Origin: Amoebophrya sp. A120
Taxonomy: Eukaryota; Protista; Dinoflagellata
DNA length: 64,000 nucleotides
Assembly: GCA_905178155.1 (NCBI GenBank)
Contig: CAJINV010000001.1
Span: 2,346,089 to 2,410,088, forward strand
Direction: 5' to 3'
In this document: positions 34,306 to 47,285 of the stretch, piece after piece
Position numbering within the stretch: position 1 is the stretch's first letter
How the letters are laid out: the number at the start of each line of letters is the position of its first letter
Notes under the pieces: generated by a model
The model's input: only the letters and a program-made list of their open reading frames with translations
Told to the model about the DNA's origin: nothing
Databases searched by the model: none
Made by a program: the position numbers and the translations under genes

Positions 34306-37300
34306 TTACTTCATCGAGCTCGTTCCCATGTTTTTTGGTTTTACTTTCGCGTCGTCCTCCAATTTCAGCTCTGTTTTGCTGTAGTAGTAGGGTGCCACTT
34401 CCGCGAGCCACTTCGCCTGCACCTCGAAACATTCCCTCATGTACTCCTTTTCCGTCTTCCACAATTCGTAGTAGCAGATCATCTTCGGCTTGAACTCCAA
34501 TATTGAGCTCGACGGGTGGATTTCGACGGAATGCGGGTTTTTCAAAGTCGTGTACGACCCGTTCTTGTTGAGTCGCGCGCAGTGCCAGAAGTAACCGGAA
34601 AGAAGTGACTTCCTGATTCCCTCGTCGTTTGCCGGGTTGCTGGTCACTTCAATGTCGACTTTTTCCAACAACTGCAATAATTGGTCTCTGATGTCTCTCG
34701 CTCGGTTTAATGGGCGGTATTGCAAATAATTCTCCACCGTCCACTGTTGACTGTAATTCGTGTCTTCCCACTGCTTGTAGATGTTCAAAAGCATGAACTG
34801 GTCGCCGCCGGGCCGGTGGAAATTCTTCTTCGCGTTATCTGCGTGCACCGCTTTTTCCTTCGGTCGGAAGAACAGGGAATCGCCCATGGAAAGAACCGAG
34901 CAAATCGTCACTACTTCGTCGACGACCAGGTACTTCTGTGCGGAAATCAACGCTTTCGCCATCATGGGCTCGAGTGGAAATTCCGCCATTCTCCGCCCGA
35001 GAGTCGTCAATTCCCCGTTCTGGTTCAAGGCCATTAACCCATACAGCTGCTCCAGTGATTTCACTAAGAAATCCGTCGGCGGCGGGTCCATGAAGTCGAA
35101 CCGCATGATGTCCTTCACGTTCAACGCGAGAAGTTGTAAAACCACGTTGCAAATGTTCGCGCGAAGGATTTCTGGGGTGTTGCTGTCGTCTAAATTCTGT
35201 TCAAACTCGTACTTCGTGAACAGGCGGAAACACTTTCCCGGCATCACACGACCGGCCCGACCGGCGCGCTGGTTTGCGGCGGCTTTGGAGACCGGGACGA
35301 CCTGGAGGCTGCTCATCCCGGTTTTCGGCTGGAAAGAAGACTGCTTGCAGAACCCAATATCAATCACATAGACAATGTTGTCAATTGTGATCGAAGTCTC
35401 CGCGATGTTCGTCGCTAACACGACTTTCCGTGCGCCTTCGGGTGTTTGGTCGAAGATTTTTGCTTGCAACTCGGTTGGGAGATTTGCGTAAATTTGGCAG
35501 GTGATCAACTCCGGCACTCGGTTTCCAAGCGTGGCCATCTTCTTCTGAATCAGCTCGTTCACCTCCTCAATGTCTTGCACACCGGTGAGAAAGACTAAAA
35601 CATCCCCCATGGGCTGCGTCAAGTGGATTTGCATCACAGTGTGTGCCGCCGCCATCTTGTAGTTCGCTTCGGGGCCTTTCGTGTAGTGGATGGAGACTGG
35701 AAATTTCCTCCCCGGGACGGAGAAAATCGGACAACCATCGAAGTAATTGGAAAACTTCTCCGCATCTAAAGTCGCGGAGGAGATGATCAACCGGAAATCT
35801 TGTCGGAACCGGATGATGTCCTTCGCTAGCCCGAACAATATGTCCGTCTGCAGTGTTCTCTCGTGCGCCTCGTCAATAATCAAGACTGCGTAAGTGGAAA
35901 GGTCCGGCTCGCGGAGGAAATCGCGCAACAGCATACCGTCCGTCATGTACTTGACAATAGTTTTATCGCTTGTGCAGTCCTCAAACCGAATCGTGTACCC
36001 GACCTCGTGCCCGAGCTTCACGCCCATCTCCTCCGCCACGCGCGCCGCGACGGACATCGCGGCGACCCTTCTTGGCTGTGTGCAGCCGATCTTCCCGAAC
36101 CCGCCAAAGCCCTCGTCCACTAAATACTGCGGCACTTGCGTGGTTTTCCCGGACCCCGTTTCCCCCTGCAGCACCAACACTGGATTCTCTTTCACCGCTT
36201 CTATCAACTGATCCCGCCACTGAAAAACGGGCAATTGCCGTCTGCCTTCCATCAACTTTGCTCTTTTCCGCTGCACTTCCGCCTTGGCCATCGCGACGCG
36301 CTCGTCCCGCGATCGGTCGTACTTGTTCAAATCCTGTCCCTCCGCATTTTTCATTGACGCCAACGCAGCAAACGTACTAGCAGTGGAACTTGCGTCGTCC
36401 TTGGATTTGTAGTTCCCGCCGTGGGTTTCGAGCATTTCAAACTCCACTTGATTCTCCATGATCAGATCATACCCCGCTTTTTCCTCTTCGTTCATTCCCT
36501 TCTTGAACGTCCCCATCGCGCGTTTTATCATGTCCTGCTCGAACTTCTCTTGTTCGGTCCGCCCGGTCCCGTCGAAACCGCCCTCCGCGTCCCGGCCGCC
36601 CTTGTAGGCCCCGGGGCCCTGATTCAACATCCCCAGCCGAGACGCAGCAGATTCGCCATCCTTGTTATCGGGGAGTGCGTACCCGTCGTAGGCTAAGCCC
36701 TGTTCCCTCTTCTTTTTGTGCTCGACCGCCTTCTCGTACATCTCCTCCTGCAGTTTCATCTTCAACACCTCCGCCTCCGTGAGATTTTCGTGCTGCATCA
36801 ATTCCTTCTGGGCGGTGATCAACCGTTTCTGGAGTTCCAACTGTTGCCCCTCCCGCTCGGATAAGTACTTGTATCTCGTTTCCTTTTTGTGCATTTCAAT
36901 CGCCAGTCTCCTTTCGTCCTCGTTCCGGAACGTTATGTTGCCCATGGAGCTGATCTTTTCCTGCTTCTCCTTCTTCTTTTTCTCTCCCTTCAATCTCGAG
37001 TTCAAGTCCGCGAGCTCCTGTGCGTCCGCCTCCGCGTCGATCTTGTGGTCCACTTCGGTGACCATTTTTGGCCTTTTGCTACCCGGAGGGGTATCTAGTT
37101 CTCGTGGTGACTTTTTATTGTTGTCTAGTATCCCGAGTGGATCATCATCGTTGTTCTTATCCAGCGGGCTCTTATCCAGCGCCTCGTCTGCCATGCGCTC
37201 CAGTTCTTCTTTGCGTGATCTTTTTGCCTTTGGCGGATACTTTGCGGGGTTGAGCACGATGTCCATCAACTGCGTGTAGAACCGCTTGTCCAGGCCCTGG

Positions 37301-37458
37301 ATGTCCTGCCCCTGCCGGAGAACCCGTTCCAATTCCTGCGCGGACTTGCATTTCGAAGCCGTGTCGTAAAACATTTCCACGATACCCGGGGTGCTCATGT
37401 CCAGCGCCTTGAAGACCGCGTCTTCGACGTGCGTAAGCAGGTGGGCGCGGTTCGCCAT
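34306..37458 (-). CDS. DHX16: Pre-mRNA splicing DEAH helicase Prp2/DHX16 (intronless)
   Basis: GETGSGKTTQVPQYL, TQPRRVAAMSVAARVAEEMGVKLGHEVGY, DEAHERT, SAT, QRAGRAGR, HA2/OB tail. Confidence 0.93.
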   Translation of the reverse strand: MANRAHLLTHVEDAVFKALDMSTPGIVEMFYDTASKCKSAQELERVLRQGQDIQGLDKRFYTQLMDIVLNPAKYPPKAKRSRKEELERMADEALDKSPLDKNNDDDPLGILDNNKKSPRELDTPPGSKRPKMVTEVDHKIDAEADAQELADLNSRLKGEKKKKEKQEKISSMGNITFRNEDERRLAIEMHKKETRYKYLSEREGQQLELQKRLITAQKELMQHENLTEAEVLKMKLQEEMYEKAVEHKKKREQGLAYDGYALPDNKDGESAASRLGMLNQGPGAYKGGRDAEGGFDGTGRTEQEKFEQDMIKRAMGTFKKGMNEEEKAGYDLIMENQVEFEMLETHGGNYKSKDDASSTASTFAALASMKNAEGQDLNKYDRSRDERVAMAKAEVQRKRAKLMEGRRQLPVFQWRDQLIEAVKENPVLVLQGETGSGKTTQVPQYLVDEGFGGFGKIGCTQPRRVAAMSVAARVAEEMGVKLGHEVGYTIRFEDCTSDKTIVKYMTDGMLLRDFLREPDLSTYAVLIIDEAHERTLQTDILFGLAKDIIRFRQDFRLIISSATLDAEKFSNYFDGCPIFSVPGRKFPVSIHYTKGPEANYKMAAAHTVMQIHLTQPMGDVLVFLTGVQDIEEVNELIQKKMATLGNRVPELITCQIYANLPTELQAKIFDQTPEGARKVVLATNIAETSITIDNIVYVIDIGFCKQSSFQPKTGMSSLQVVPVSKAAANQRAGRAGRVMPGKCFRLFTKYEFEQNLDDSNTPEILRANICNVVLQLLALNVKDIMRFDFMDPPPTDFLVKSLEQLYGLMALNQNGELTTLGRRMAEFPLEPMMAKALISAQKYLVVDEVVTICSVLSMGDSLFFRPKEKAVHADNAKKNFHRPGGDQFMLLNIYKQWEDTNYSQQWTVENYLQYRPLNRARDIRDQLLQLLEKVDIEVTSNPANDEGIRKSLLSGYFWHCARLNKNGSYTTLKNPHSVEIHPSSSILEFKPKMICYYELWKTEKEYMRECFEVQAKWLAEVAPYYYSKTELKLEDDAKVKPKNMGTSSMK

Positions 37459-37936
37459 TTTGATCTAGGGGGTTTCTGAACTATGAAAATAAGTGGTGAA
37501 ATAATCAGCGGGGATAGGGTAGTTTGTTTCGAGGTCGCTACGGGAATCGGAGTCAGTAAAATGGGTCCATTTGTGGGTAGAGAAGTTCCAACACGAAGAG
37601 CTAGTGCTTGTAAAAATGTGTGCCTGAAGGGATAAAATGAGAGGGAAGATGAAAAGATTGCTTCGATCACGATAGATCTTGTCCAGAAACTGCGTGAGAA
37701 GGCTGGCGATCGGGGGAATTTGTTCACCTCTTCATGATCCGCTTTGCTTTTCGGTTTATGATCACATCATTTTGTTTCTGATGATCCCTAACACAGATTC
37801 TCTTGGTCCAGCTGAACACGCCGCCTTCCGGGAGCGAAAACTCGTGATTTCAATGCTCCTGATCATTATCGTTGAGATCAAGCAATTAGATTTTCCTTGA
37901 TTTTTCTATCGCGTCGCACATCTTTCTCTGTCATCT

Positions 37937-40373
37937 TCAAGACTTCATATTTCCATACGTCCCCTTGTGAGCTCGATCTACATTCACTGCGGCTTCGTGC
38001 GCTAATTCTCTGTTCTCGTACCTTGTGTTCGGATACAGTGTTCCACTGCCACAATTGACCATCATCGCCCGGATGGAAAACGCCAATTGCTCGAGAGAAA
38101 TCACCGGCGACCAACCGTCCGCGGACAGTAGCTCCATGCACAAAGCGCCGTGATTCTGTACCCAGAAGGACCCGAGGGACGCGGTAGGTGTAACCAGCCG
38201 CACCTTCGGGGCGTCCATAGGGTAGTGATCGGAAAACATCAGTTCGAAAACGAGCCTTTCTATTCTCCCCGCTTTCGCCTGCTTTCCCAAAGCTGAGTCG
38301 TCCGGTAACTTTTCGCTCAAAAAGTGCATCTGGAGAAAGCGAGAGTTGTGCGGCGTCGCGTCTAGTAAGCCGCTTTCTGGTCGTGGCAAAGTAGAGGACG
38401 AAGACGATGAAGATGAAAGCCCTTCGCCGATTTTAAACTCGAACCCCTCGGTTTTCAGCCTGTCGCTGTTCGCTGCGAGATTCGTGAACTCGGCTTTGAC
38501 CCGTTTGAAAACCCGCGGGGGCAGCGGTTTTGGTTCGCTAGTCTTTTGCAGGTTGAAAGCCTGAGCGACGGAATCGGCCATGTTGCTCATCGACTCCCCA
38601 ATCGCGCTGGACGTAGCTGGTGAAGCAGGGGGAGGATTTGCATTTACTGCTGTTGTACTAGCGGTAGGAATTCGTTCATTCCCCTGCGCCACTGCACTAC
38701 CACCCATCTCCGTCATCTCCACCTGATTATTTGTATTTCCTGCTTGCTGCGCTCCTCCAACATTCCCAGAAGACGCTGCCCGCTTGGCCTGCTCCACCCG
38801 CCTTCTGACGAGCGGATTATGCTGCGCGACGTCACCATCCGCGTATTTCTCCCGCCCAATCCACGGCATCCAGGTCGTGCTTTCGGACGCTTCCACGGGC
38901 CGGGCCAGAATTTCCTCCGCGAGCTTTTTGTTTTCGGCCTGCACCTCCGGACTTGGTTCCAGCATTTCTTGCGGTCCTTGCTCGATCGTCGGACGGCCGT
39001 CTAACCGGATGCAGTTGGCGATATCTCCGCGGCACAAGGGGCACCGGACCGCCGTCTGCCCGTTTTGCGTGGTCAGCATCCGGAGCTGCAAAGTCGTTGC
39101 GCAGTCGGAACACAGACACAAGTGCTTGCACGGCATCACGAAGGTGTCCACCGGGGCGGAGTAGCAAATAACGCAGTCCTTATCCTCCGCGTCCCCCCCG
39201 AACAGATCTTGCACGTGAAAAACTTGCTGCTTTGGGCCGACCAGGAATTTTTCCACCACTTGCGGGGTGAACAGCCGCTGGTGAATGCCGAAAAAGTACA
39301 TCAGCGTGCCTTCGGGCGGAAGCTTATCCCCGGGGGCCTCGGACTCCGCCCAAGTAGAAGTACTGCTGCCAAAAGCTGTTGTACTCAAAGGGGCAGTCGA
39401 GCTGCTACTCGAGGACCCGCCGGCGGTGTTGTTACTACTTGTTCCACCGCGCTGCCGCAAGGTACTACCGGAAGAGCTGGTAGACGTCGTGCTTCCCGGA
39501 AGAAACGAATTGTCGCCCGATCCCGATCTCCTCCGCCTTGACCGCAATTCCAGTGCTAGGGGCCATCGCATCTTCTGCTGGTCCGGCACGAACAAGTTCG
39601 CGGGCCACTGGTGCAACTTCAAATAGTCTCGTGCGCCGTTGACGCTGAATTCGAGAGTTTCGACCATAAATTCCTCCCCCGCAGTGGGGTTCTTGGTTTG
39701 CTTGTTACCCGAAGATGCTGCTGAAGACCCTAGCACCCCCCGGCTGTGCGGGTTGAAGGTCAGTGGCCGCAGTTTTATCGCTTCCAGCGCGTACCCTGTG
39801 TGGCCGTCCTTCACCAATATCGGCCACTCGGAGCTCACGTCAGACAGCTTCGGCAAAACAAACAGCGTCGCCTCGCAATCGTCGCTGATCGTCATGCGGT
39901 CCGTTTTGTTCGGGGATCGCCCGATTTTACAGACGAAACGGAAATCAGAGTCGGTCTCCTTCCGAAATTCCTGTTCGAGCAGCACAAAGGGCGGCCTGTA
40001 CCCCTCCGCGCGGTTCTGTGCCTCCCTTTGCACCGCTTCGGTTTCAAAAGCGGTACCGCCTTCCAGCGTCCCGTCCTATCAGAGTGCACAACTCCCCCTC
40101 CCCCTCATTTATGTAGCAAGAACGGCAATACAAGCGTCAGCAAGAGTGCCGGTTTTGCATGACAAATTTGCAGAGGATTGTAGTACTGTTTGGGCTTCCG
40201 GAGTCTGTCATGCAAACAGTGCCAAGGGGCACAGCCTCGCCTGGATTTGGTGTTTTGCATGACAAATGAGGGGGAGGGGGAGTTGTGCACTTTCATACTT
40301 CCTCTGTCAGCTTCACGACACGCTGCTTCGGCAGCGGAGTGTTGTCGGAAGGCTGGCTCGTTTCGTTACCCAT
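37937..40373 (-). CDS. MGRN1/LOG2-like RING (C3HC4_3-type) E3 ligase fused to a C-terminal UBE2Q-like E2 domain
   Basis: MGNETS N-terminus recovered across the introner at 40077-40297; VQDLFG...CVICYSAPVDTFVMPCKHLCLCSDCA...CPLCR; FSDHYPMDAPKVR...GALCMELLSADGWSP. Confidence 0.8.
40077..40297. mobile_element. Introner, family D (GTGCACAACTCCCCCTCCCCCTCATTT TIR)
   Basis: ~35-bp TIRs; TSD CGTCC/CTTCC; removal restores the frame. Confidence 0.9.
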
Positions 40374-41337
40374 GGCGTCGTGGAAAGTTATTCGCAAATA
40401 TTTTAATTGTTTTTCCAAGTAGGTACGAGGTAACTTAAGCCTTCAACTGATGGGGTCACACTAAACACGTAAAAGTGGAGCTCCTAATTGCATTTTTTGG
40501 TAAAGCTACTTGATGAAGATCAAGATGTCGCTGGGGCTAGGTGTCATAGAAACCGACTTGCTCCAGCTCAAGGACAATTCATTGTGTACATCTGCGGGAG
40601 GACCTGCAAAGCATTCTGTAAAAATCTTTTGCGACCGTAAACGATGAACGAATGTTTTCGAAGGCCCAGTCTGCACTGCTTGCAAAATCTACTTCAGATC
40701 TATTTTACACTGCAGCCCCACTGCCCAGAATTTGGTCTCTCGTAGAAGAAAATCCGCGGTTACCAGAGAAGAAATCGCGCGGAGAAAAGGACGAACAAAA
40801 GAACGACCGAACATAATGTACGAGAGTGCAGTTGTTCGGAAAAAACACTATTGTGTCGGTGATTATGCACGTTTCGAGGATGAAAAATAAGTATTGACTT
40901 TTTTCGCGGTAGCATAGGTTCTTCGAAAAGCGGGATTTTTGTCGTTGTCGCTTCGCCATCAAGGAAAGTGATAGGCCTGAAGATGCAAAAGCAGTCGCCC
41001 AGCGACCACCAGACGAAGTTTGATGCCTTCGTGCCTTTGGTACCACAACTGTAGCTGTGACAATTCGAGAAAGTAGGTAGAGGGTTTTTTTCAGGTAATG
41101 GTGCTCGCTGGTTTTTGATCTAACTCGTCAGTGTTAGCTGCTGTACGAGATACAGTTTCTTTACATATTTCCAATTCGCTAAAATCTACTTTTCAAAAAA
41201 GCAGAAAAAAAACCTTCCACTTAGTACCGCTGTAATTTTCCGTACAAGAATCACACTCGCATGCCGTCGCCTCCAGCTTTACGAGATACAGATGATCTAG
41301 CTTGTCGTTGTAATACAGTAAGTAAGTACTTTTATCA

Positions 41338-44300
41338 CTACTTCTCTCCCTCCTCCTCCGTGCCCGCCTTGTCGTGCATTTCGGTGACTTTTCTCAAAGC
41401 CTCGACTTCTTCCGTGATCCACGGTAGGACCCGTGCGCTGGGCTCCCGAATGGCCAAGTCCGTATCAAATGTAAAAATGTCTGGGTCTGGAAGAGGAGAA
41501 GTTTGCCATGCACATTTTCCATGATCCATGATGTCTGTGATGTATACCATAGCATCACAGATTTTTTGAGCGCCTATCGATGCGCATCCTGCATGACAAA
41601 TGCCCTCTCCACGTAGCCAAATTTGACTCCTCTTGCTACTGATGCAATACAGATTTTTTTAGCATCCAAATGCAGCATCACAAGTTTGGCTCTTCCAGAC
41701 CCAGACATATTTGCAATCCATAGTCCGCAACTTTCGACAGAAGGGTCGGATTTGGATTCAGCTCCACCACCTTCGCGCCGTTGTGCGCTTTCGCTAGCAA
41801 TGGCATCTGCCGTGCCGGATCCACCTTGCCCGTGGTTCCCACCATCAAAACGACGTCAGACTCCCGGGCCGTGCGGATGGCCGCCTTGAGGGTCTTCCGC
41901 TCCAGCGCCTCCCCGAAATAGATCCCGTCGGGCTTCAAAACGCCGACAGGAATGTTTGGGTTTTTTTTACTCTGCTTGTTGGGAGAAGAAGCTGCTGTTG
42001 GTGTTACAGCGTCGGGCTGCTCTGAAACGATATCCACTAAATTGACGGATTTTTCTTTCTCTTCCAACATCTTTTCATCCTTATCGTCCACTACACAAGT
42101 ACTGATTATATCCGACTTGTTACTGTCGACGCTCGCCGCCTTAAAAATGATTTTCTGTTCGACCGCAGCCCGCTCGTAGTACTTGTCGCCCGTTTGTCCG
42201 GTGCAGTGCCCACAGAGTGGCACTTCCGCTAGTCTCGGGCCGTTCTTCAAGTTGAACTGCGATAGGGTCGTGGAAGAGGAAGATGTCGAGGAGGAAGAGG
42301 ATTTTGATCCACTGCCAGACGAGCTGCTGGAAATTAACCCTAGTTTCTCTAATTCCGTTTTCAAACTGCCCTCCCCGTCAGAACTTACGTCGGAACTGCT
42401 GGATTCAGATCCTGACTTACTTTTTTCAACCTTCTCGTCGCCCTTCTTTTCGACTGCGGCGACTCCGCCATTTTTTTTCAGTTCTTCTCTCTTCTTCTTC
42501 AGCTCCTGCTTCTTTTTCTTCAGTTTCTCCCGGACCGACTTCTTTGTTTTCGCGCGACACTTGATTGCGTAAGTCATCAAGCACTTTTTCGCCAATTCCG
42601 AGAGCTCCGCGTCGGCGTGCAGACGATCGAAGTCCCCCGCTTTGGACCGGTCCGCCTTCTTCCGGATCTTCTTTCCTTTACGCAACTTTTCCCCGAACAT
42701 GCCACTCGCCGCACTGCTGTCGCTGCTGACGGATTTGCTCCGACTCTTTTTACCGTCGGAAGATGTCGTTGATACCCTTGGTGCAGCATTAGTACCTGCC
42801 GCGTTAGCACCGGCAACCGAAGTAGCAGGGGACTTCTTCGGACTCTTCTTCGTCTCTGCTACTGCAGCTTGGGGCAACGTGGGGCCGACGATTGCAGCCT
42901 CACCAGTTCCAGTCGTCCCATTTGAAGTAGATGCTGGCACTACCGCAACTGCGCCGACAGTTGTAATTGGCTTTTTTTCCTGTTCCGCAGCGACGTCCTT
43001 CAGAAAGTCCTGCATGTTGTTGTTCAACTTGAAAGTCCCGTCGGGGCACAAAGACCCCCGTTCCTGCATCGTCCTGACCACTTCGCTCATGTCGGTCGTC
43101 TTCTTACACCGCAGACAAATCGCCCGCACTTCCGAGCCGTGCACCTCTACAACCGTTTCACTACCTGCCTCCTGGTGCAACCCGTCCACGTTCTGCGTCA
43201 CGATGCGGAACTTCATATTGGCCAGGGCCTCGTGCGCCGGGTTGGGGTGCACCTGGGCGAGGAGTTTGAAAAACTCAAACTCGAACGCCCACACCTTTCG
43301 TGGGTCCAGCGCAAACCCCTTGATCGACGAAACTTCCTCCGGGTCGTAGAAGGACCACAAGCCGCCCGGGTCGCGGTACGTGGGAACGCCAGATTCTGCA
43401 GAAATCCCCGCGCCCGTAAATGCCATGCGCCGGGAAACCTCCTGCTGCGCAATCCAACGCGCCGCCTGTCGGGCGGGACCCTGCGGTGGAATTTTAGGAC
43501 GAAGTGGAAATTTGCATCCAACTGAGCATTCAAAATGCATAACAATCTGTTCTACTTTCATGTAAATCAAACTCAAGCGAATCGAAGCACCAACAACGCA
43601 AAGCATATTTCAGCAGTACCTGTCCCGGATACAGTCCTCTTTCCAGGGCGTTACACAGCACCATAGGCCGTTCGTTCTTCCGTCCCTTGCGCATCAGCAC
43701 CGTCTTGGAATAGCAACTTTCCACACAGCCATCCGGGTAAAATACCGTGCCGGTCGCCCGCGCGACGCCCACCCAATCCTTCTGCGTATTGTCGTCCGCC
43801 TTCGGCCATGCGGACTCCGGTCCGATGAACACGTTATTCCCGAAAATTGTCGCCTGCGCACAGTCCTGTTTCCCCTTGCCGCAGTCCGCCTCGGAGGCAA
43901 CGAAGACCGCGACCTGCATCGGCCTCGCGCGTAGCGGAGAATCAAACTGTTCAGAGTTCGTGGTGACAACGCTGCTTCGCTCGCTCTTTACTGTGGTGGT
44001 TCCATTTTGGTGCACCAGCTCTGCCCTTGGCGACTTCTCATCCACGTCGGAATTTAACCTGCGCACCTTCGGATTCAAAATGCCCCCGTCCTCCCCCGTG
44101 GCAAGCGTTTTGGTCCCCAACTTATTTTCCTCTTCATTAACCAAGATCTCTTCCAGCGGGTAGAAGACCACAAATGCGTTCTCCGGGGACAACGTGGGAA
44201 TGAAATGCATCCCCTCGGACTGAAACGCCGCCGCTATCGTGGACGCGTCCTGCTGCGGCAGTCGCGGGTCGCAGTAAAAGTAGATCGGGAATCTCCTTGC

Positions 44301-44972
44301 GAGCAGAACCATGTCAGCTCGCTTCAGCAACTTATGATCGTTTCCGTTCGCGACCCTCCCGAAGGTCAGGTTCTCGATCTTCTCTCGCGCCTTGAGCGTG
44401 TGGTTCGGCAAGATTTTTCCCCCGGCGGGTGGGAGGTTGGACTCGCTCTCGTCGGAGCTGGAGGTGTCGACCCCACCGAGTTGGATCAGCAGAGCTCGTT
44501 TCTTCTTGCCGTTCGCGCGCTCCAGCATCCGCTTTCGTCGCTCGCGGATTTCCTTCCTCTTTTGCTTCTCCATGAGCTGCTTTTCCAGCGCCGCGGGCTC
44601 CAGCTTCGCCTGTTTCAACGTGTTCACAATCTCTTCCCCGCCCCGGTACCACAGGTCGATCAGAAACGTCCGCAAAATGCTGTCCCAGATTCCGCCCGTG
44701 GGTGCGAGGATACAGTGGAGGAGCGCGTCCACGGAGCCGAAGACCGTACAGGCCTGGGCTTTCAGTGACCTGTCTTTGTACAAGTCGGGGAGGAGCGTTT
44801 CTTCTAAAAATGCTTCGTCTTGACGGAACCTGCTGTCTTCGATCATGTTCAGGACCGGAACCCGGCGGGCCATCGCGCCCGCCTTCTGGCGCTTCATCAA
44901 GGCTGCTTTCTCCTTTTTCTTCTTCAACAACGCCAGATTAGCGGCGGCCTGTGCCGTGCCGGGGGTTGCCAT
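41338..44972 (-). CDS. Sir2/CobB-family sirtuin with a ~450-aa unknown N-terminal region and large insertions
   Basis: FTGAGISAESGVPTYR, PNPAH, TQNVDGLHQEAG, EVHGS, LKPDGIYFGE, VGTTGKVDP, VELNP; in-frame GT-AG intron 43481-43619 joins the two long ORFs; C-terminus ADLAIREPSARVLP recovered across 41463-41722. Confidence 0.85.
41463..41722. mobile_element. Introner, family A
   Basis: Family A TIRs; perfect TSD GTCCG. Confidence 0.93.
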
Positions 44973-45469
44973 TTTGCTACACGAACCGTAAAATATTGAC
45001 TAGAATTTCCTGGGTCTCTCTACACTTACATCTTTTTGGTGGTTTCGATCTCAGTCTCACCTCTTCTGTTTCTAAAGTTGTCCTTTTTTGTGTTTCTTTC
45101 CGGCTCTAACTGCAGCAACTGCCATAAACAAGAAACACCACGACAATCCTGTTTGTGAAATTGGAAAGAAGATCGATGAAGATCAAAGGATTTTACACAA
45201 GAAAAAAGACAGCACGACCAGCATGATGATCGTGATCATTCCGTTCTGCATTTATTCTCTGTTTGCTTGATCACATCAACCGACAAAAAGAAACACTACA
45301 TCTACGAGCCTGATCTCATCCTGCCATAGGAACTTCGACTGCCATAATAAATATGCCTCAAGATCCAATCTGCTATTTTCTGACGTCGATCCAAACTTTT
45401 TGCTTGTGAACAAGTGAGCACACAGAGTACGAAGCTCGAACTGCTCGCACTGATTGGTTGCGCCTCAAG

Positions 45470-46900
45470 AGCAGAGCAAGACCAGACGCGGGCGCCTCGT
45501 CGTGCACTCGTCGCGCAGGTGTGACTACAAAAATCGCCTTGCTCTTAATCCATGGCATCGATGCAGGGAGGGGCGGGGGGGGGCGGCAATGATACCGGGG
45601 CCAAGCCCCGCCGTGGCCTGCAGGGCTGGCACGCCGGGGGGCGCATGCGATACGCGGCTGGCGGCGCAAGCGCTGCGCGTGCTATGCTTTGTGAGCAGCG
45701 GCGCCTGCCAAAAATACTAAATGCGCGGCTGGCGGGCGCAACTAGACAACACGCAGCCAAAAGAAAAAGCCAACACCGCGGGGGCGAGAAGCTAACGGCC
45801 GCCAAGTGCCGGCGCCGAAACGCCCAAGCTATCAAACTGCCGCGACCCGCGTGCCATTCTTCAAACTACCCCCAAGCCCGCGCCGGCCGACGTGGCACGG
45901 GGGGACGCGCGCGGGCCCCCCCGGCCAAAAGGGGGAAGCGCCGCACTAGGCGCACAACCGGGGGGGCGCCAGCAGGAAACTAAGGCCGCGGCCACACACA
46001 CGGCCGCGACAAGGGGCGGGCAGGCGCGCCGGGCTCTTTCGCGCCGCCAGTTCCGGCGGGCTGGATGAGGCGCCGGACTTCGTCAGGCCGGAACTCAGTG
46101 GCGCACGAAGGAGGGGGGGCGGAGCCGCCGCGGCTTCGGCGGCCGCCATCTTCGCCGCGCTGCGCCCCCTGCGCCCGAGCGCCGGCCACCCCCGCTGCTT
46201 CGCCCTTCCTTGGCCCGGCCCAATGCGGCGCCGGGCGACAAGCAAGGGAAGGGGGAACGACCGGCGCGCGGGCGCCTTCTGAGGCACGGCCGGCACTGCC
46301 GGAACCGGGCGCGCGGCCCGCCCCCGCGCGGCGTCAGCGCTCGGCCGCACCGGAGGGGCCGGCCGTCTCGCCCCTGCCCGGAAAAGGGCCGGCCGTCTCG
46401 CCCGTCCCGATCTTGGCCGGCAGGTGCGCGCCATGGGTCCGGAACGAATTCGCGGCCGATTTTGGCGGCGCGAGGGGCCTCTGCTCTGCGAGGCAAATCT
46501 GCGCGGCCGGGAAGCGATTTCGGGGCGCCTGCAGTCGGCCCCCAGGTCTGGCGTCGCTCGCGCGCGAATTCCTTGCGGCACTCCGCGTGGTCGATTACGA
46601 TCAGGCCGCGCACTAGCACGCTGAACCCCCCGCACTGCTTTCGGCGAGCCACACTCTTGCGCGCATGGTACTCCAACGCGATGACAGTCCCAGGAACCTC
46701 GTCGGCGACACTTGCGCCCACCTGATCGCCGCCCGGCCTCTTCCACACAAGCCGGACGGACAGGCACGCCACTCCGCTAGTGCCAGCACCCCGCTGGTCA
46801 TAGTTTGCCTGTGGGCCGCTTCCTCCAGGCACAGGCCGACAAAACTTCGCGCACAGAAGTACACACACAAATAGTTTGTCCGGCCTTGAACTTGGGCCAC
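45470..46900. other. Very GC-rich non-coding island in an intergenic region (possible mobile element remnant)
   Basis: Abrupt GC rise between AT-richer flanks; only Arg/Ala/Pro/Gly-rich spurious ORFs; no TIR or TSD identified. Confidence 0.4.
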
Positions 46901-47285
46901 GAACCCTCGATCAGCAGTATACTATTGTCAGAGGCCACAGAACAATAAACGTTCCAAGCCTGTCAAGCAGACAGAAGAAACCAACGTCGTGCTTTTTTGA
47001 TCTTCACAATGAGTCCGATATTTTTAAGAAGTTTAATGTATTCTCGTCCTGAAAGAAAGTCGTGCGGTTTTTTGCCTCCGAGCGAGTTCTATCTGAAAAG
47101 AATACACAAAGACAAAAATGATCTTCATGTTGTCATTAGATGTGTAGCTGTATCTTTTTTTGTCGCCGAAATTTTTTTTTCGGCGACACAAAGCGAAGAC
47201 GTTTGGATACCGAAAACAAATTTGTTCATTTGGTATGCTCATGACGAAACCGGAGGTCTCGCGCCACGCAAACAAGGGCTCACAT

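Noticed and set aside
34720-37279. Plus-strand ORFs antisense to DHX16 and other genes
   Set aside because: Shadow ORFs from GC3-biased codon usage on the minus strand
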